A stretch of 64,000 nt of DNA from Candidatus Omnitrophota bacterium (GCA_042572045.1 JBHPFI010000001.1:47818-111817); one strand, 5' to 3'; positions 28,724 to 38,546 are shown, numbered from the stretch's first letter. Notes: a model not told the origin generated them from the sequence alone. Made by a program: numbers and translations.

Positions 28724-28924
28724 ATGGCAAAAGGAACAGTAAAATGGTTCAATGACCAGAAAGGTTTTGGGTTTATTACACCTGAAGACGGACCTGATGT
28801 ATTCGTACATCACACCGCGATTCAGAGTGACGGCTTTAAGACTTTAGCAGAAGGCCAGGCAGTCGAGTTAGAAATCGTCGACGGCCCTAAAGGTAAGCAA
28901 GCTCAGAACGTAGTAAAGGCATAA
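28724..28924 (+). CDS. cspA: Cold-shock protein
   Basis: GTVKWFN, KGFGFI, DVFVH; AAGGAGG SD. Confidence 0.95.
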   Translation: MAKGTVKWFNDQKGFGFITPEDGPDVFVHHTAIQSDGFKTLAEGQAVELEIVDGPKGKQAQNVVKA

Positions 28925-28938
28925 CCTGAAAAAAACAG

Positions 28939-28972
28939 ATAAGGCCCGCTATTTAAATGCGGGCCTTATTTT
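28939..28972 (+). terminator. Intrinsic terminator after csp
   Basis: ATAAGGCCCGC-loop-GCGGGCCTTAT TTT. Confidence 0.8.
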
Positions 28973-28989
28973 GTCGATTTACATAAGGA

Positions 28990-29625
28990 GTGGCACAAAA
29001 GATGCAGGATAGACTGAAGTCGATATGCGAGCAGGCCATGGGAGAAGGCCTTAAGATAGATCTGGAAGGTTGCCATTACGGTGAGACCACCGGGTCGTGC
29101 AAGGTCATAAGAAGGCCGACCAGCTATTATTATTTCCTTGCGGGGCTTATCCGTTCCCAAAGAATGACCCATGTGCTGGAAATAGGGACAAATTCCGGCG
29201 GCTCTATCATGTCCATGTATAGAGGATTAGATAAAGAGGATATACTTAATAGTAAACTCGTGACCGTGGATATAGAGCGTAAGAATCAGGAGGGCTTTAA
29301 GGAATACCCCAATATAGAGCGCATTACAGGAGATTCTTTAGACGAGAGAGTCATAAAAGAGGTGCAAAATCGCTTTGATAGGCCAATAGACCTTATCTAC
29401 ATAGATTCACTTCATGAATATAGCCACACCAAAAAGAATATAGATGTTTACGTCAGGTTGCTCGATCCGCGATACATCGTGCTCGATGATATAAGGCAGT
29501 GCGATTCAATGGTGGAATTATGGAAAGACATAACGCAAGAATTTAAGAATAACGCGTTCGATGCCTCTGATGTCAGCTTCAGAAAAGGAGCCGGGATTGG
29601 AGTTATTGAATGGAGGAAGGTTTAG
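28990..29625 (+). CDS. Class I SAM methyltransferase (Methyltransf_24/CmcI-like)
   Basis: VLEIGTNSGGS, GDS, IDLIYIDSLHEY, LDD. Confidence 0.82.
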   Translation: MAQKMQDRLKSICEQAMGEGLKIDLEGCHYGETTGSCKVIRRPTSYYYFLAGLIRSQRMTHVLEIGTNSGGSIMSMYRGLDKEDILNSKLVTVDIERKNQEGFKEYPNIERITGDSLDERVIKEVQNRFDRPIDLIYIDSLHEYSHTKKNIDVYVRLLDPRYIVLDDIRQCDSMVELWKDITQEFKNNAFDASDVSFRKGAGIGVIEWRKV

Positions 29626-29698
29626 CCCCAATAGAGCTTGACCGTTTTTTTTGTTGTGCTATACTTAACGATATATATTAAAAGAGGAGAACAGGCAT

Positions 29699-30280
29699 AT
29701 GGGAAACAATGTTCATGATAACAAGACCCCTCAGGAACCCTCAATGACTTATGATGAAATAATGAAAGAAGGAAAAAAGTGGGGGGTCGATATTACCTGG
29801 GAAAAGCTCAATCATTACAAATCACTCGGACTGCTTCCAAAATCCAAAAAAATGCCTGGGGAAAAAGAAGGTTCCTACCCAGCCTCTATCATTGTTAATT
29901 TAAAGTTATATCATTTCTTGCAGAGCTCTTTAAGCTTTACTTTAGAGGAAATCAGGGATTTATTAGATAAAATTAGTATCCCTGATTCTTCAGCAATGGA
30001 TAAGGTTGAGATTCTTCAGGATTGGCTAGGCCTCTCTTACAGTCATTTTTTCGATTATGTAGTCAACGATTTTAAAAACTGGAAAGGGGAACACGATAGT
30101 TTATCATTACCCAATGTTATATTATTGATAAATTGGTGTTATAAAAGGTATTTTCAGACCTCGGGCCTTTCCTATTTAAATAAAAGCTTAAAAGAAATCT
30201 CGCCTGAGAAAATAGCTAAGGAATGGGCAAAGGAAGCTGTTAAGGAAATAAGGTCTACATTAGACATAGAGACGAGGTAA
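29699..30280 (+). CDS. MerR-like HTH domain protein
   Basis: LNHYKSLGLLP...Y...FTLEEIRDLL; upstream TTGACC-16-TATACT. Confidence 0.65.
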   Translation: MGNNVHDNKTPQEPSMTYDEIMKEGKKWGVDITWEKLNHYKSLGLLPKSKKMPGEKEGSYPASIIVNLKLYHFLQSSLSFTLEEIRDLLDKISIPDSSAMDKVEILQDWLGLSYSHFFDYVVNDFKNWKGEHDSLSLPNVILLINWCYKRYFQTSGLSYLNKSLKEISPEKIAKEWAKEAVKEIRSTLDIETR

Positions 30281-30420
30281 TTTTTTAGATTTCGTTGTTT
30301 TAACCTACCAGAAACTACAATATTACTATAATAGTTTTTACCGGGCAGGCATTATTCTTTCGCCTTGTTTTTGTTGCCCCAGGGTAGTATCATGTTCCTA
30401 AAGAGCAAAGGAGAGTAGTC

Positions 30421-31017
30421 GTGGAGGTGTTGAGTAATCTTGGTGTCCTTTTGGGGAGTTCATGGGCGTCAGGCGTAAACCTTTATCTAACCATCGCAGG
30501 GTTGGGGATTGCGAATAAAGTTGGCTTGATAAATCTGCCAGGAGATATGGGTGTCATTTCTAATCCGCTTATCATTGCTGTCGCTATATTGATGTATCTG
30601 GTTGAATTTGTTGCCGATAAGATCCCGCTGGTAGATTCTGCGTGGGATTCAGTGCATACGTTCATCAGGCCTATAGGCGGTGCAGCTTTGTCATATATGG
30701 CAATGGCTAATGTAGGCCCAGTAGCGCAAATACCGGCTGCGCTTATCAGCGGCGCAGTATCTATGGATTCTCATCTTACAAAAGCCACTACCCGGGTCGC
30801 CATAAATACATCTCCGGAGCCAGTCACAAATTCAATTGCGAGCGTGTCAGAGGACGCATTAGTGGTAGGCGCGCTGTGGATGGTGGTAAATCATCCTGTT
30901 GTAACCGGGATAGCTGTAATTCTCTTTATTTTATTTTCTATATGGTTTTTAAAGATGATGTTCAAATTTGTAAAGAAAATATTTAGTTTTTTTAAACCTA
31001 AAACTAACACTAATTAA
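30421..31017 (+). CDS. DUF4126 family membrane protein
   Basis: SGVNLY, EFVADKIPLVDSAWD, SPEP..N...S..ED. Confidence 0.88.
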   Translation: MEVLSNLGVLLGSSWASGVNLYLTIAGLGIANKVGLINLPGDMGVISNPLIIAVAILMYLVEFVADKIPLVDSAWDSVHTFIRPIGGAALSYMAMANVGPVAQIPAALISGAVSMDSHLTKATTRVAINTSPEPVTNSIASVSEDALVVGALWMVVNHPVVTGIAVILFILFSIWFLKMMFKFVKKIFSFFKPKTNTN

Positions 31018-31035
31018 CACGGAGGGAGGTAACAA

Positions 31036-31578
31036 ATGACAGTAAGGACAATGTTAAAGATGGAGAATGTGACTTGGGTTTTTATAGCCCTATTGACAGT
31101 CATTATAATTATTTCTTTTTTTCTTCCTTGGGTGACCGTAGAATCGCAACAGGTAGGGGCATTTTCAAAACTTTTGACCGGTAAAAGCCAAGCAGCCATT
31201 GCCACTATTAGCGGATTTAAAATTCCAATATTGGCTAACGGCAAGGACGCTAGGTTAATGATCAGTATTATTAAAATATTTAATCCTAACATAAAAGATG
31301 CGGACAAAAAGAGTTTTGCTGTCTGGGGCATACCTATCTTGGCATTTATTGTCTGCGCAGTTAGTTATTTCTTTGGTAAAAGCAAATGGGTCAATATTGC
31401 ATTTGGCTTGCTTGGTGTGGGGATATTTTTTATTGCTTTTTTTAAAATTAAAACAACAGATTTAAATAAATTAGTGCTAAATGTGAAGATTAGTTCAGGG
31501 ATGTGGCTCATTCTTTACGCGTATTTAGGCATAGGCATTGCGCAGTTTGTTAATTTATTTAGGGTTAGTAAAAAATAA
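31036..31578 (+). CDS. Hypothetical membrane protein
   Basis: FFLPW motif, four TMs, GGAGG SD. Confidence 0.75.
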   Translation: MTVRTMLKMENVTWVFIALLTVIIIISFFLPWVTVESQQVGAFSKLLTGKSQAAIATISGFKIPILANGKDARLMISIIKIFNPNIKDADKKSFAVWGIPILAFIVCAVSYFFGKSKWVNIAFGLLGVGIFFIAFFKIKTTDLNKLVLNVKISSGMWLILYAYLGIGIAQFVNLFRVSKK

Positions 31579-31626
31579 ACTAAAAATTGAGCGTCATTCT
31601 TTGATTTTTTAAGAAAGGAGATCAGG

Positions 31627-32040
31627 GTGATTAAAAGCTTGGTAAGGGCAAGGCAGATTAATGTAATAACTAAAAATGAAATCGGGGCGTTAGCGCGAAT
31701 GATGTCGTTTTTGGTCAATCACGGCATAAACGTAGAGACAATAGCAGGATACTCAAATTACACAGGTGACCAGGGAAATCTTGCTTTTATAACCGATAAA
31801 AATACTGACGCAATTAGTGAATTAATAAGTAACGGATATGAAAATATTAGTGAGAGCGACGTAATTATTATGGAAATTGAAAATAGACCTGGAACATTAA
31901 AAAATATTTCAGAAATCCTTGCCCGTATTAGAATAAATATTAACTATCTTTACTGCACAAGCTGCTCAGGCAGTTGCCCAACCAAGATAGTGTTTTCAAC
32001 CTCAGATAATGATCGAGCAATTAAGGCTTTCACTTCGTGA
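31627..32040 (+). CDS. Tandem ACT domain protein
   Basis: NEIGALA...GINVE; NRPGTL...ININYLY. Confidence 0.82.
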   Translation: MIKSLVRARQINVITKNEIGALARMMSFLVNHGINVETIAGYSNYTGDQGNLAFITDKNTDAISELISNGYENISESDVIIMEIENRPGTLKNISEILARIRININYLYCTSCSGSCPTKIVFSTSDNDRAIKAFTS

Positions 32041-32165
32041 TGAGTAAAATAGCAGAGAAGATCCTAGAGCTAGACATTGACATTGCTGTTATCAATGAAA
32101 GTCCGGATCCGATAGGGGGCAGCCTTAAAACAAAACAAATATTTAAAGAAAGAAACAGATTATAA
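32040..32165 (+). CDS. Possible 41-aa small ORF or gene remnant (absent from ORF track)
   Basis: MSKIAEKILELDIDIAVINESPDPIGG...; overlaps both neighbours by 1 nt (TGATG, TAATG). Confidence 0.35.
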   Translation: MSKIAEKILELDIDIAVINESPDPIGGSLKTKQIFKERNRL

Positions 32166-32533
32166 TGACCCACTCAGGAGACTTTGATTTCGAAGTATCT
32201 TTTTATGAAAACCTTTTAAAGGAAAAGCCCGATTATATCGACGCTTTGGTTGCCTTAGGTGATGCTTATACCAAAGCAGGCCGCTATGAAGACGGCCTTA
32301 GCATCGATAAGAGACTGGCCAAGTTAAAACCAGATGATACAACTGTCCATTATAATCTTGCCTGTAGCTATTCGTTACTTAAGAAGCCTGACTTATGCAT
32401 AGAAGTGCTTAAGAAGGCCCTTGAGTTTGGCTATTGCGACTTTGTATTTATGGAAGAAGATCCTGATCTTGAGTATATAAGAAAAGACGAGAGATATAAA
32501 GACTTAGTATCTAAATATTCTAAGTTAAAATAA
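32165..32533 (+). CDS. TPR protein
   Basis: ALVALGDAY, HYNLACSYS, EEDPDLEYIR C-terminal motif. Confidence 0.85.
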   Translation: MTHSGDFDFEVSFYENLLKEKPDYIDALVALGDAYTKAGRYEDGLSIDKRLAKLKPDDTTVHYNLACSYSLLKKPDLCIEVLKKALEFGYCDFVFMEEDPDLEYIRKDERYKDLVSKYSKLK

Positions 32534-32541
32534 GAGATAGA

Positions 32542-32724
32542 TTAGATGTATCCCGCTTACAGATTCCCTCTGCGATACTTCCGAATCCCTTAAGCAGGCC
32601 AGGGGCCAGGTAAAAATCTTACAGTACAAAATATCCAAAATTATCCCCATAAAACCTGAAATATTATGTTAGTTGGTAATCCCTCCGAGCTTATTGACTA
32701 TTTTAAAGGCTAGTAGTAAAATAA
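32542..32724 (+). pseudogene. Orphan 3'-end remnant of a giant-gene family member plus downstream trailer/promoter
   Basis: Encodes RCIPLTDSLCDTSESLKQARGQV; matches 28463-28532 and 48601-48783; contains TTGACT-17-TAAAAT at 32694-32722. Confidence 0.88.
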
Positions 32725-32812
32725 GGACAATAAGTGAGAACCACGGGGCGGGGTTCGAGATTTAGAAGATAGCTTATGTAAGATGGCTATCTAGATAAAG
32801 GAGGTATCAAAA

Positions 32813-33370
32813 ATGACCAAGAAGCAGGAAAAAAGAGAATATACTTTAGATGGATTAACAGATACCCTAAAGCTTAAATTTGAGGAAGTCAACATTCTCA
32901 ACAATATATTGGAGCTCATAGTATATCAAGATACTAAGCATAGAGTTTTATGGGCGAACAAAGCTGCAGGGGACTCTGTCCAGTCAGAATCTAATCAATT
33001 GATAGGGCGCTATTGTTATGAAGTATGGCACAAGCGTAATGAACCGTGTCTAAATTGCCCTATAAGCAAAGTCATCAAGACAGGCGAGCCGCAGAAATGG
33101 GAAACAGAAGCTGCGGATGGAGGGCATTGGTTTATAAGAGGGTATCCTGTTCGAGATAAAGATGGGAATCTGGTAGGCGTAATTGAAGCTGCATTTGATA
33201 TTGCTGAGCTCAAAGATGCAGAGGAGAATTTACTGAAAAAAGCAGAAGAAGCCACAATGTTAAACAAGTTGTCTGTCGAGAGAGAATGGAAGATGCTGGA
33301 ATTAAAGGGAGAACTGGAATCCCTCAGAGAAAGAATAGCGCGGCTTGAGAAAAAGAAAAAAAATAAATAA
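32813..33370 (+). CDS. PAS domain protein with C-terminal coiled coil
   Basis: WANKA, IGRYCYE, CLNCP, YPVRD.DG; REWKMLELK tail. Confidence 0.82.
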   Translation: MTKKQEKREYTLDGLTDTLKLKFEEVNILNNILELIVYQDTKHRVLWANKAAGDSVQSESNQLIGRYCYEVWHKRNEPCLNCPISKVIKTGEPQKWETEAADGGHWFIRGYPVRDKDGNLVGVIEAAFDIAELKDAEENLLKKAEEATMLNKLSVEREWKMLELKGELESLRERIARLEKKKKNK

Positions 33371-33432
33371 CCTTATATAAGAAAAATCTTAGCATAAAAT
33401 CGGGATTGTTTTTTTGTGTTTATAAAGGAGGA

Positions 33433-33795
33433 ATGATGAAGAAGATACTGATCGTGGACGATAACGCCGAAGATATAGCTATTATAAAAAGGTTTCTCGA
33501 TGAAGCGGGTTTTAAGGAGGTCTTAGTTGCAGAAAACGGTGAAGAGGGTGTAAAAAAAGCAAAATCCGAGAAGCCAAATCTGGCGATTATAGACACCATG
33601 CTTCCGGGTATCGATGGCTTTGAGACCTGCAGAAGGATCAAGGAGATCGAGGAAGGCAGGATCAGGGTTGTTATCATAACCGGCGTTTTTGATGCAGTAA
33701 ATATAGCAAAGGCTAAAAAAGTGGGCGCGGATGATTTTACTGCGAAGACCTCTGATTGTGAATCATTGGTTAGGGTGATCAAGCAGTTCATTTAA
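33433..33795 (+). CDS. Single-domain response regulator
   Basis: ILIVDD, IDTMLPGIDG; AAGGAGG SD before ATG 33433/33436. Confidence 0.85.
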   Translation: MMKKILIVDDNAEDIAIIKRFLDEAGFKEVLVAENGEEGVKKAKSEKPNLAIIDTMLPGIDGFETCRRIKEIEEGRIRVVIITGVFDAVNIAKAKKVGADDFTAKTSDCESLVRVIKQFI

Positions 33796-33810
33796 AAGGA
33801 GGAAGGCAAT

Positions 33811-34776
33811 ATGAGCATCAAAGAAATAACGCTCGAGAAGTTTAATGTCACGGATTTTATCGAGGAAAAGTCAAAAGAGGTCGCAGGGCTTGTAGGTGAT
33901 GGAGTGGCTATTAACGCCCTTTCAGGAGGCGTAGATTCTTCGGCTGTTACTATGCTGGGGCACAAGGCCCTGGGAAAGAGGCTTAAGACATATTTTATAG
34001 ATAACGGGATAATGAGAGAAGGCGAGCCTCAGAAGGTCGCGGCATTATTTAAGAAACTAGGGGTTCAGATAGAGATAGTTGACGCGCAGGATGAATTTTT
34101 TAATGCGTTAAAAGGCGTAACCGACCCTGAAGAGAAGAGAGAGGCAATCACCCAGTCTTTTTATAAAGATGTATTTGGTAGGCTTGTAAGAGAGAGCGGA
34201 GCAAAGCATCTTTTGCAAGGTACGATTCTGACAGACGTGGATGAGACAGTTGCCGGCATAAAGAGGCAGCACAATGTCTTTGAGCAGCTGGGCATCGATC
34301 CTCAAAAGGCGTTTGGGTATAGGATTATCGAGCCCCTGATCCAATTGCGCAAGGACGGCGTAAGAAAACTCGCTGCTGGTTTAGGCTTGCCAGAATCCGC
34401 CTATAAGCGCATACCTTTTCCAGGACCAGCGCTCGCAGCCAGGGTCATAGGCGAAGTGACTAAGGAAAAGATCGGCATAATAAGGAAGGCGACCACTGTC
34501 GTTGAAGAGGAGCTTGCTTATACAGGCACGTTCCAGTATATGGCGATTTTGCATCAGGATAGGGTTACCGGCATGAGGGACGGGAAGAGGGATTTTGGCC
34601 TGCAGATCGAGGTGCGATGTTGGGATAGCATAGATGCGAGAAAGGCGACTCCTACGAAATTGCCTTATGACGTACTCTGTAAACTGGCAGACAGAATAGT
34701 CGATGAGGTCCCAGGCGTTGTAAGCGTTACTTATAATATTACCAAAAAGCCCCCCTCGACGATAGAGGCGATATAG
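33811..34776 (+). CDS. GMP synthase ATP-pyrophosphatase subunit (GuaA-B type, no GATase domain)
   Basis: ALSGGVDS, DPEEKR, QGTI, IKRQHNV, PFPGPALA, KPPSTIE. Confidence 0.9.
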   Translation: MSIKEITLEKFNVTDFIEEKSKEVAGLVGDGVAINALSGGVDSSAVTMLGHKALGKRLKTYFIDNGIMREGEPQKVAALFKKLGVQIEIVDAQDEFFNALKGVTDPEEKREAITQSFYKDVFGRLVRESGAKHLLQGTILTDVDETVAGIKRQHNVFEQLGIDPQKAFGYRIIEPLIQLRKDGVRKLAAGLGLPESAYKRIPFPGPALAARVIGEVTKEKIGIIRKATTVVEEELAYTGTFQYMAILHQDRVTGMRDGKRDFGLQIEVRCWDSIDARKATPTKLPYDVLCKLADRIVDEVPGVVSVTYNITKKPPSTIEAI

Positions 34777-34792
34777 TACAGGGCAAAATAGC

Positions 34793-34856
34793 AAAATAGG
34801 GACAGCGACATTTATTGGTTATCGATAGTGCCTAATAAATGGTTTGTCCCTATTTT
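34793..34856. repeat. Long imperfect palindrome (REP-like hairpin)
   Basis: AAAATAGGGACA..CATTTATT / AATAAATG..TGTCCCTATTTT. Confidence 0.65.
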
Positions 34857-35030
34857 TATGCCTATTTGACTCCTTGATAGTCATACAACCCACGCATAAG
34901 TCAAACACAAAATTTGAAACCTTGCCTCCACCCCTGTGACAATGTTTGACTTCTTTTCTTGGTACACTTGACGCTTTGTTAATGGATGGTATACTTCTCG
35001 TTACACGTTAAATTGGCGAGAGGGGTATAC

Positions 35031-35864
35031 GTGAAAAAGTTAATAATAGTAACAACATTTTTTATATTTACGGTAGCAACCCAGGGCTTTACAGAACTTT
35101 CAGAAGCACTTGCTGGGGATTTAGGAATTGAAATAGGATTGGAAACATCCCATATTACTTATGAGGAACCTGGTGTAATGGAAGAAAAGGGCATGATGTA
35201 TGGAGTAAATTGTTCTTTAACATACCGCGGTTGGTTACCTCCATCACCTGCTGAAGTCGATAAGTACATGTTAAGAATAGAAGGAAGATATAGCTATGGA
35301 GAAGTAGATTATGACGGTTCGCTTTCAGATGGAACGCCATATACTATAGATAACATAGATGATTATATGTTAGAGTTTAGAGGCTTAGTGGGTTATGATT
35401 TTTTTATGTCAGAAACATTTATTCTTACACCTTATATTGGATATGGCTATAGATATTTGCATGACGATGTGTCTTTTGACCAGTATGGTTACGGAAGAGA
35501 CTCAAATTATTTCTATAGTCCAATAGGCATAGAGACCATTACTGGGTTAGGGAATGGGTGGTTTGTTGGAGTAAAATTAGAATATGACTATTTTTGGAAT
35601 GGAATGCAGAGAAGTTACCTTAGCGATATTGCCGGCTATAGTGATGCGAAAAACAGACAAAACAGAGGTTATGGTTGCAGGGGCTCTATAAAGCTTAGGA
35701 AGAAAGGTGAGAAAATAGATTTTACAGTAGAACCTTTCATGAGATATTGGAATATTCGAAGGTCAGAAACTTCATACACTACCTGGTATGGAATCTCGTT
35801 CTCTGGGGTGGAACCAAAAAACAATTCTGAAGAATTTGGTATCAACTTCACAGTAGCATATTAA
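35031..35864 (+). CDS. Outer-membrane beta-barrel protein
   Basis: GTG start after GAGGGG, signal peptide, alternating aromatic strands, TPYIGYGYRY, C-terminal Y. Confidence 0.78.
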   Translation: MKKLIIVTTFFIFTVATQGFTELSEALAGDLGIEIGLETSHITYEEPGVMEEKGMMYGVNCSLTYRGWLPPSPAEVDKYMLRIEGRYSYGEVDYDGSLSDGTPYTIDNIDDYMLEFRGLVGYDFFMSETFILTPYIGYGYRYLHDDVSFDQYGYGRDSNYFYSPIGIETITGLGNGWFVGVKLEYDYFWNGMQRSYLSDIAGYSDAKNRQNRGYGCRGSIKLRKKGEKIDFTVEPFMRYWNIRRSETSYTTWYGISFSGVEPKNNSEEFGINFTVAY

Positions 35865-36168
35865 CATACAAATATATATCCTCGCCTGCCCCACAGCCTA
35901 TCACCTTATTACCCTAATATGCCTGAATACCACACTAAACTGATAGAACGACAACCACATGATAGGCTTAAATTAGGAGATCCGTACAAGAAGACTTGAT
36001 TGTTAGAGTAAAAGTAGTATTATTTTCTACCTTGCCTGTATCCTCTCATCGTAGTATCATAATATGTAACTTAATTACATATAAACCACAAAGGCGCGGG
36101 GTGCGAGGAGTTTAATTATTAATATAAGTCAACCTGGGGTTGCTTTTTTGTTTTCAAAGAAAGAAGAA

Positions 36169-36345
36169 ATGAATAAAAAACAATTAATAGCAGTAATAGC
36201 CTTAATCTCAATCATTTCTGTCTGTATCTCTGGTTGTAGAAGCGTCTATGTAGGTGGCAGCGGAAAAATAGGAGGAGTAACAGGCTCAGGTGGAGTAAGC
36301 ATTCCTATTCCAAAGCAAGATTTAGAAACAGATGAGAAGGAATGA
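36169..36345 (+). CDS. Small putative lipoprotein
   Basis: MNKKQLIAVIALISIISVCISGC lipobox-like, Gly-rich beta hairpin. Confidence 0.55.
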   Translation: MNKKQLIAVIALISIISVCISGCRSVYVGGSGKIGGVTGSGGVSIPIPKQDLETDEKE

Positions 36346-36362
36346 GATGTTGAAGAAAAAAT

Positions 36363-36398
36363 AGAGCCAATCTGGAGTTAATCTGGGTTGGCTTTTTT
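36363..36398 (+). terminator. Intrinsic terminator
   Basis: AGAGCCAATCTGGA/TCTGGGTTGGCTTT plus T tract. Confidence 0.6.
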
Positions 36399-36465
36399 AT
36401 TTGGAGCATATAGGGGTTAAGAACAAGGCGTTCTTAACCTTTCATGATCGGGATCGCAGATTTAA

Positions 36466-36490
36466 GTTCAAATCCTTGCCCGGGGAGCCA
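36466..36490 (+). pseudogene. 3' fragment of a tRNA (tRNA-Asn-like); possible att scar
   Basis: GTTCAAATCC...CCGGGGAGCCA resembles T-arm, acceptor 3' strand and CCA; no matching 5' half upstream. Confidence 0.55.
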
Positions 36491-36498
36491 TTGTTTTT

Positions 36499-36538
36499 AG
36501 CCTCTTGCAACAAAATAAGTTGCAAGAGGCTTTTGTTT
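36499..36538 (+). terminator. Intrinsic terminator after tRNA fragment
   Basis: AGCCTCTTGCAAC-loop-GTTGCAAGAGGCT TTTGTTT. Confidence 0.8.
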
Positions 36539-36570
36539 GGATTATAATGCGTTGAAAGAGGAGGTGTTAA

Positions 36571-36813
36571 ATGACAATGGAAATGATGCGTGTAGTGCTA
36601 GGATGGTGTTCGATAATCAATATGGGATTACTTCTCTGGTGGTTTTTTGCTATTACGGTATTACATGATTGGGTCTATCGGTTTCATAGCAAATGGTTCA
36701 AGCTGTCGGTAGAAAGGTTTGATGAGATTCACTATACAGGCATAGCGTTTTTTAAGATAGCCATATTCTTTTTCAATATTGTTCCATATTTTGCGTTGCG
36801 TATTGTCGGATGA
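36571..36813 (+). CDS. DUF6868-like small membrane protein
   Basis: WCSIINMG, HSKWFKLS.E.FD.IHY, FNIVPYFAL. Confidence 0.78.
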   Translation: MTMEMMRVVLGWCSIINMGLLLWWFFAITVLHDWVYRFHSKWFKLSVERFDEIHYTGIAFFKIAIFFFNIVPYFALRIVG

Positions 36814-36852
36814 AAGATTTTAAAAGAGACATCCTGAAGAATAAAAAGAGAT

Positions 36853-37422
36853 ATGAAGTTTTTAGCCCTGTCGATTTTAATATTATCCATCATGTTTTGT
36901 TCACTTGCTATAGCAGAAGAGCTGGAACGAGAGGGTCCCGACGGGTTAAAATATGTGGAAGGAGTCTTGGAATATAAGGGTATAAGACGGCATAGGATAA
37001 AAAAGACTAATGATGCAGAGCAATTATTTATTACAGCCGTAGAATTGCTCATAAAAGGGCATTATGATGATAGCATGGAATATTTAAAAGAGGCTATAAG
37101 GAAAGATCCCATATATCTTGATGCTCATTTTATATTGGCTAGTTTATATGAGAGAGAAGGCGATTTGGATAACATGGAGAAAGAATATAGATTCTTTCTA
37201 AAGAAGTCGCATGTAATGCGTAAATGGAAAGAAGAAAGTTTTGGGTTAAAAGACAAGGAATTTGAATTTATCAAAAGGAAATTTGATTATTATAACATCC
37301 CGTTGAAAGAGTCGACCTCCCACTATCTAAATACTAAATATTGGGTTATCGGAACGTTATTCACCCTGGTTGTTGTATCGATAATATTTGTATTAGTGAG
37401 AAAATTATCGGATTTATCTTAA
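36853..37422 (+). CDS. TPR-containing exported protein with C-terminal TM
   Basis: Signal peptide, one TPR pair (AIRKDP...AHFILA), TM tail. Confidence 0.75.
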   Translation: MKFLALSILILSIMFCSLAIAEELEREGPDGLKYVEGVLEYKGIRRHRIKKTNDAEQLFITAVELLIKGHYDDSMEYLKEAIRKDPIYLDAHFILASLYEREGDLDNMEKEYRFFLKKSHVMRKWKEESFGLKDKEFEFIKRKFDYYNIPLKESTSHYLNTKYWVIGTLFTLVVVSIIFVLVRKLSDLS

Positions 37423-37448
37423 TAGTTACAGGAAAGAAAAGGTGAAAA

Positions 37449-38252
37449 ATGAGCAAGAGAATAAAGGCGATCTTTCTTATTATGTTTTTTCTGGCATTCT
37501 GCTCGATATTTTTCTCTCTGAAGGTTGAAAAAATAAGAAGAGAGACAGAATTAGCTAAAAAGATAGAAGATGGAGGCATCAAGGATGCGCAGGATGACGA
37601 AATCTACGCAGAGACTTACATAGCGCCTTCTGTTGCCCAGAGTCAGGGTCTTTATATAGAGGGCGATTTTGAGGGAATAGGCATTAACGATTACGGTACA
37701 GAGGGAATTGCCAAGGTTACCGAATTAGACAAGTCCTCTATGGATTTTTCCAGATACTTTCCTTTGACGGAAGGAAGCCGTTGGGTATATCAGGACTGGT
37801 GGGAGATCCAGGATCCAGAGGGTGAATTTGAAGTAGAGAGTAAGCATATTGGAGAGAAGGTTAGAGTTAAGAGGATAAACAGTTCCCGCACCTTAAAGGT
37901 CGTGTCCGTAGAGGATGAGGGGCCTATCAAGAGGGTCAAGATGGAAGAAGAGGATTATCAAGGTACCCGGACACGTGAAGTCGAATATCTATTTCCGCTG
38001 GAAGTCGGCTCAAAATGGGAAGACACTGATTTACCTGGTACCCTGGACAGAGAAGACAATATGTACGCTTATTATGTAGAAAAAATAGAAGACGTGACTG
38101 TCCCTGCAGGCACGTTTAAGGATTGCTATAAGATAGTTTTTAGAACAAACCCTGATGTTGCAATAGAGTGGTTTTCTCCTGAGAGAGGCATAATAAAGGC
38201 CGAATACCACCACCATGGTACCATTACAAATTATATTAGTGAGTTAAGGTAA
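37449..38252 (+). CDS. Exported hypothetical protein (VTVPAGTF beta-rich family)
   Basis: YFPL.EG..W.Y, EDVTVPAGTFKDC, WFSPERGIIK. Confidence 0.75.
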   Translation: MSKRIKAIFLIMFFLAFCSIFFSLKVEKIRRETELAKKIEDGGIKDAQDDEIYAETYIAPSVAQSQGLYIEGDFEGIGINDYGTEGIAKVTELDKSSMDFSRYFPLTEGSRWVYQDWWEIQDPEGEFEVESKHIGEKVRVKRINSSRTLKVVSVEDEGPIKRVKMEEEDYQGTRTREVEYLFPLEVGSKWEDTDLPGTLDREDNMYAYYVEKIEDVTVPAGTFKDCYKIVFRTNPDVAIEWFSPERGIIKAEYHHHGTITNYISELR

Positions 38253-38415
38253 CCGTTCTCCCGCTTTCTAAAAGCAGTATCATGTTTTTCCCTTCAAGCA
38301 TTTCTTAAAAAATCTATTGACAGGAAAGAGTTTTCATAGTATATTTATAATTTTTTATAAAATATGTAAATAATGTATTGGGGCTCATGCCGAAGGACGG
38401 GTACCAGGAATTTGC

Positions 38416-38546
38416 TTGAAGGATAACGTTTTCTGTGATATACTTTATATTAATCAGATATACATAGCAGGGATATTTAGGCCATAGAATATATAGATAT
38501 ATGTATTAACCAAGCCGTTAAGAAAGGCTATTTTTTTGCCTACATT
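38416..38546 (+). promoter_or_regulatory. Promoter and conserved SD-less leader of giant gene 2
   Basis: TTGAAG-17-TATACT then family leader ending GGCTATTTTTTTGCCTACATT-ATG; extra TTGACA-17-TATATT at 38317. Confidence 0.75.

Noticed and set aside
32740-32760. ACCAC..GGCG.GGGT.CGAG similarity with ~36085-36107, both downstream of putative -10 boxes
   Set aside because: Too short and gapped to distinguish from chance.
36404-36490. Complete tRNA gene
   Set aside because: No D-arm, anticodon arm or 5' acceptor strand complementary to the 3' end; only the 3' fragment is supported.
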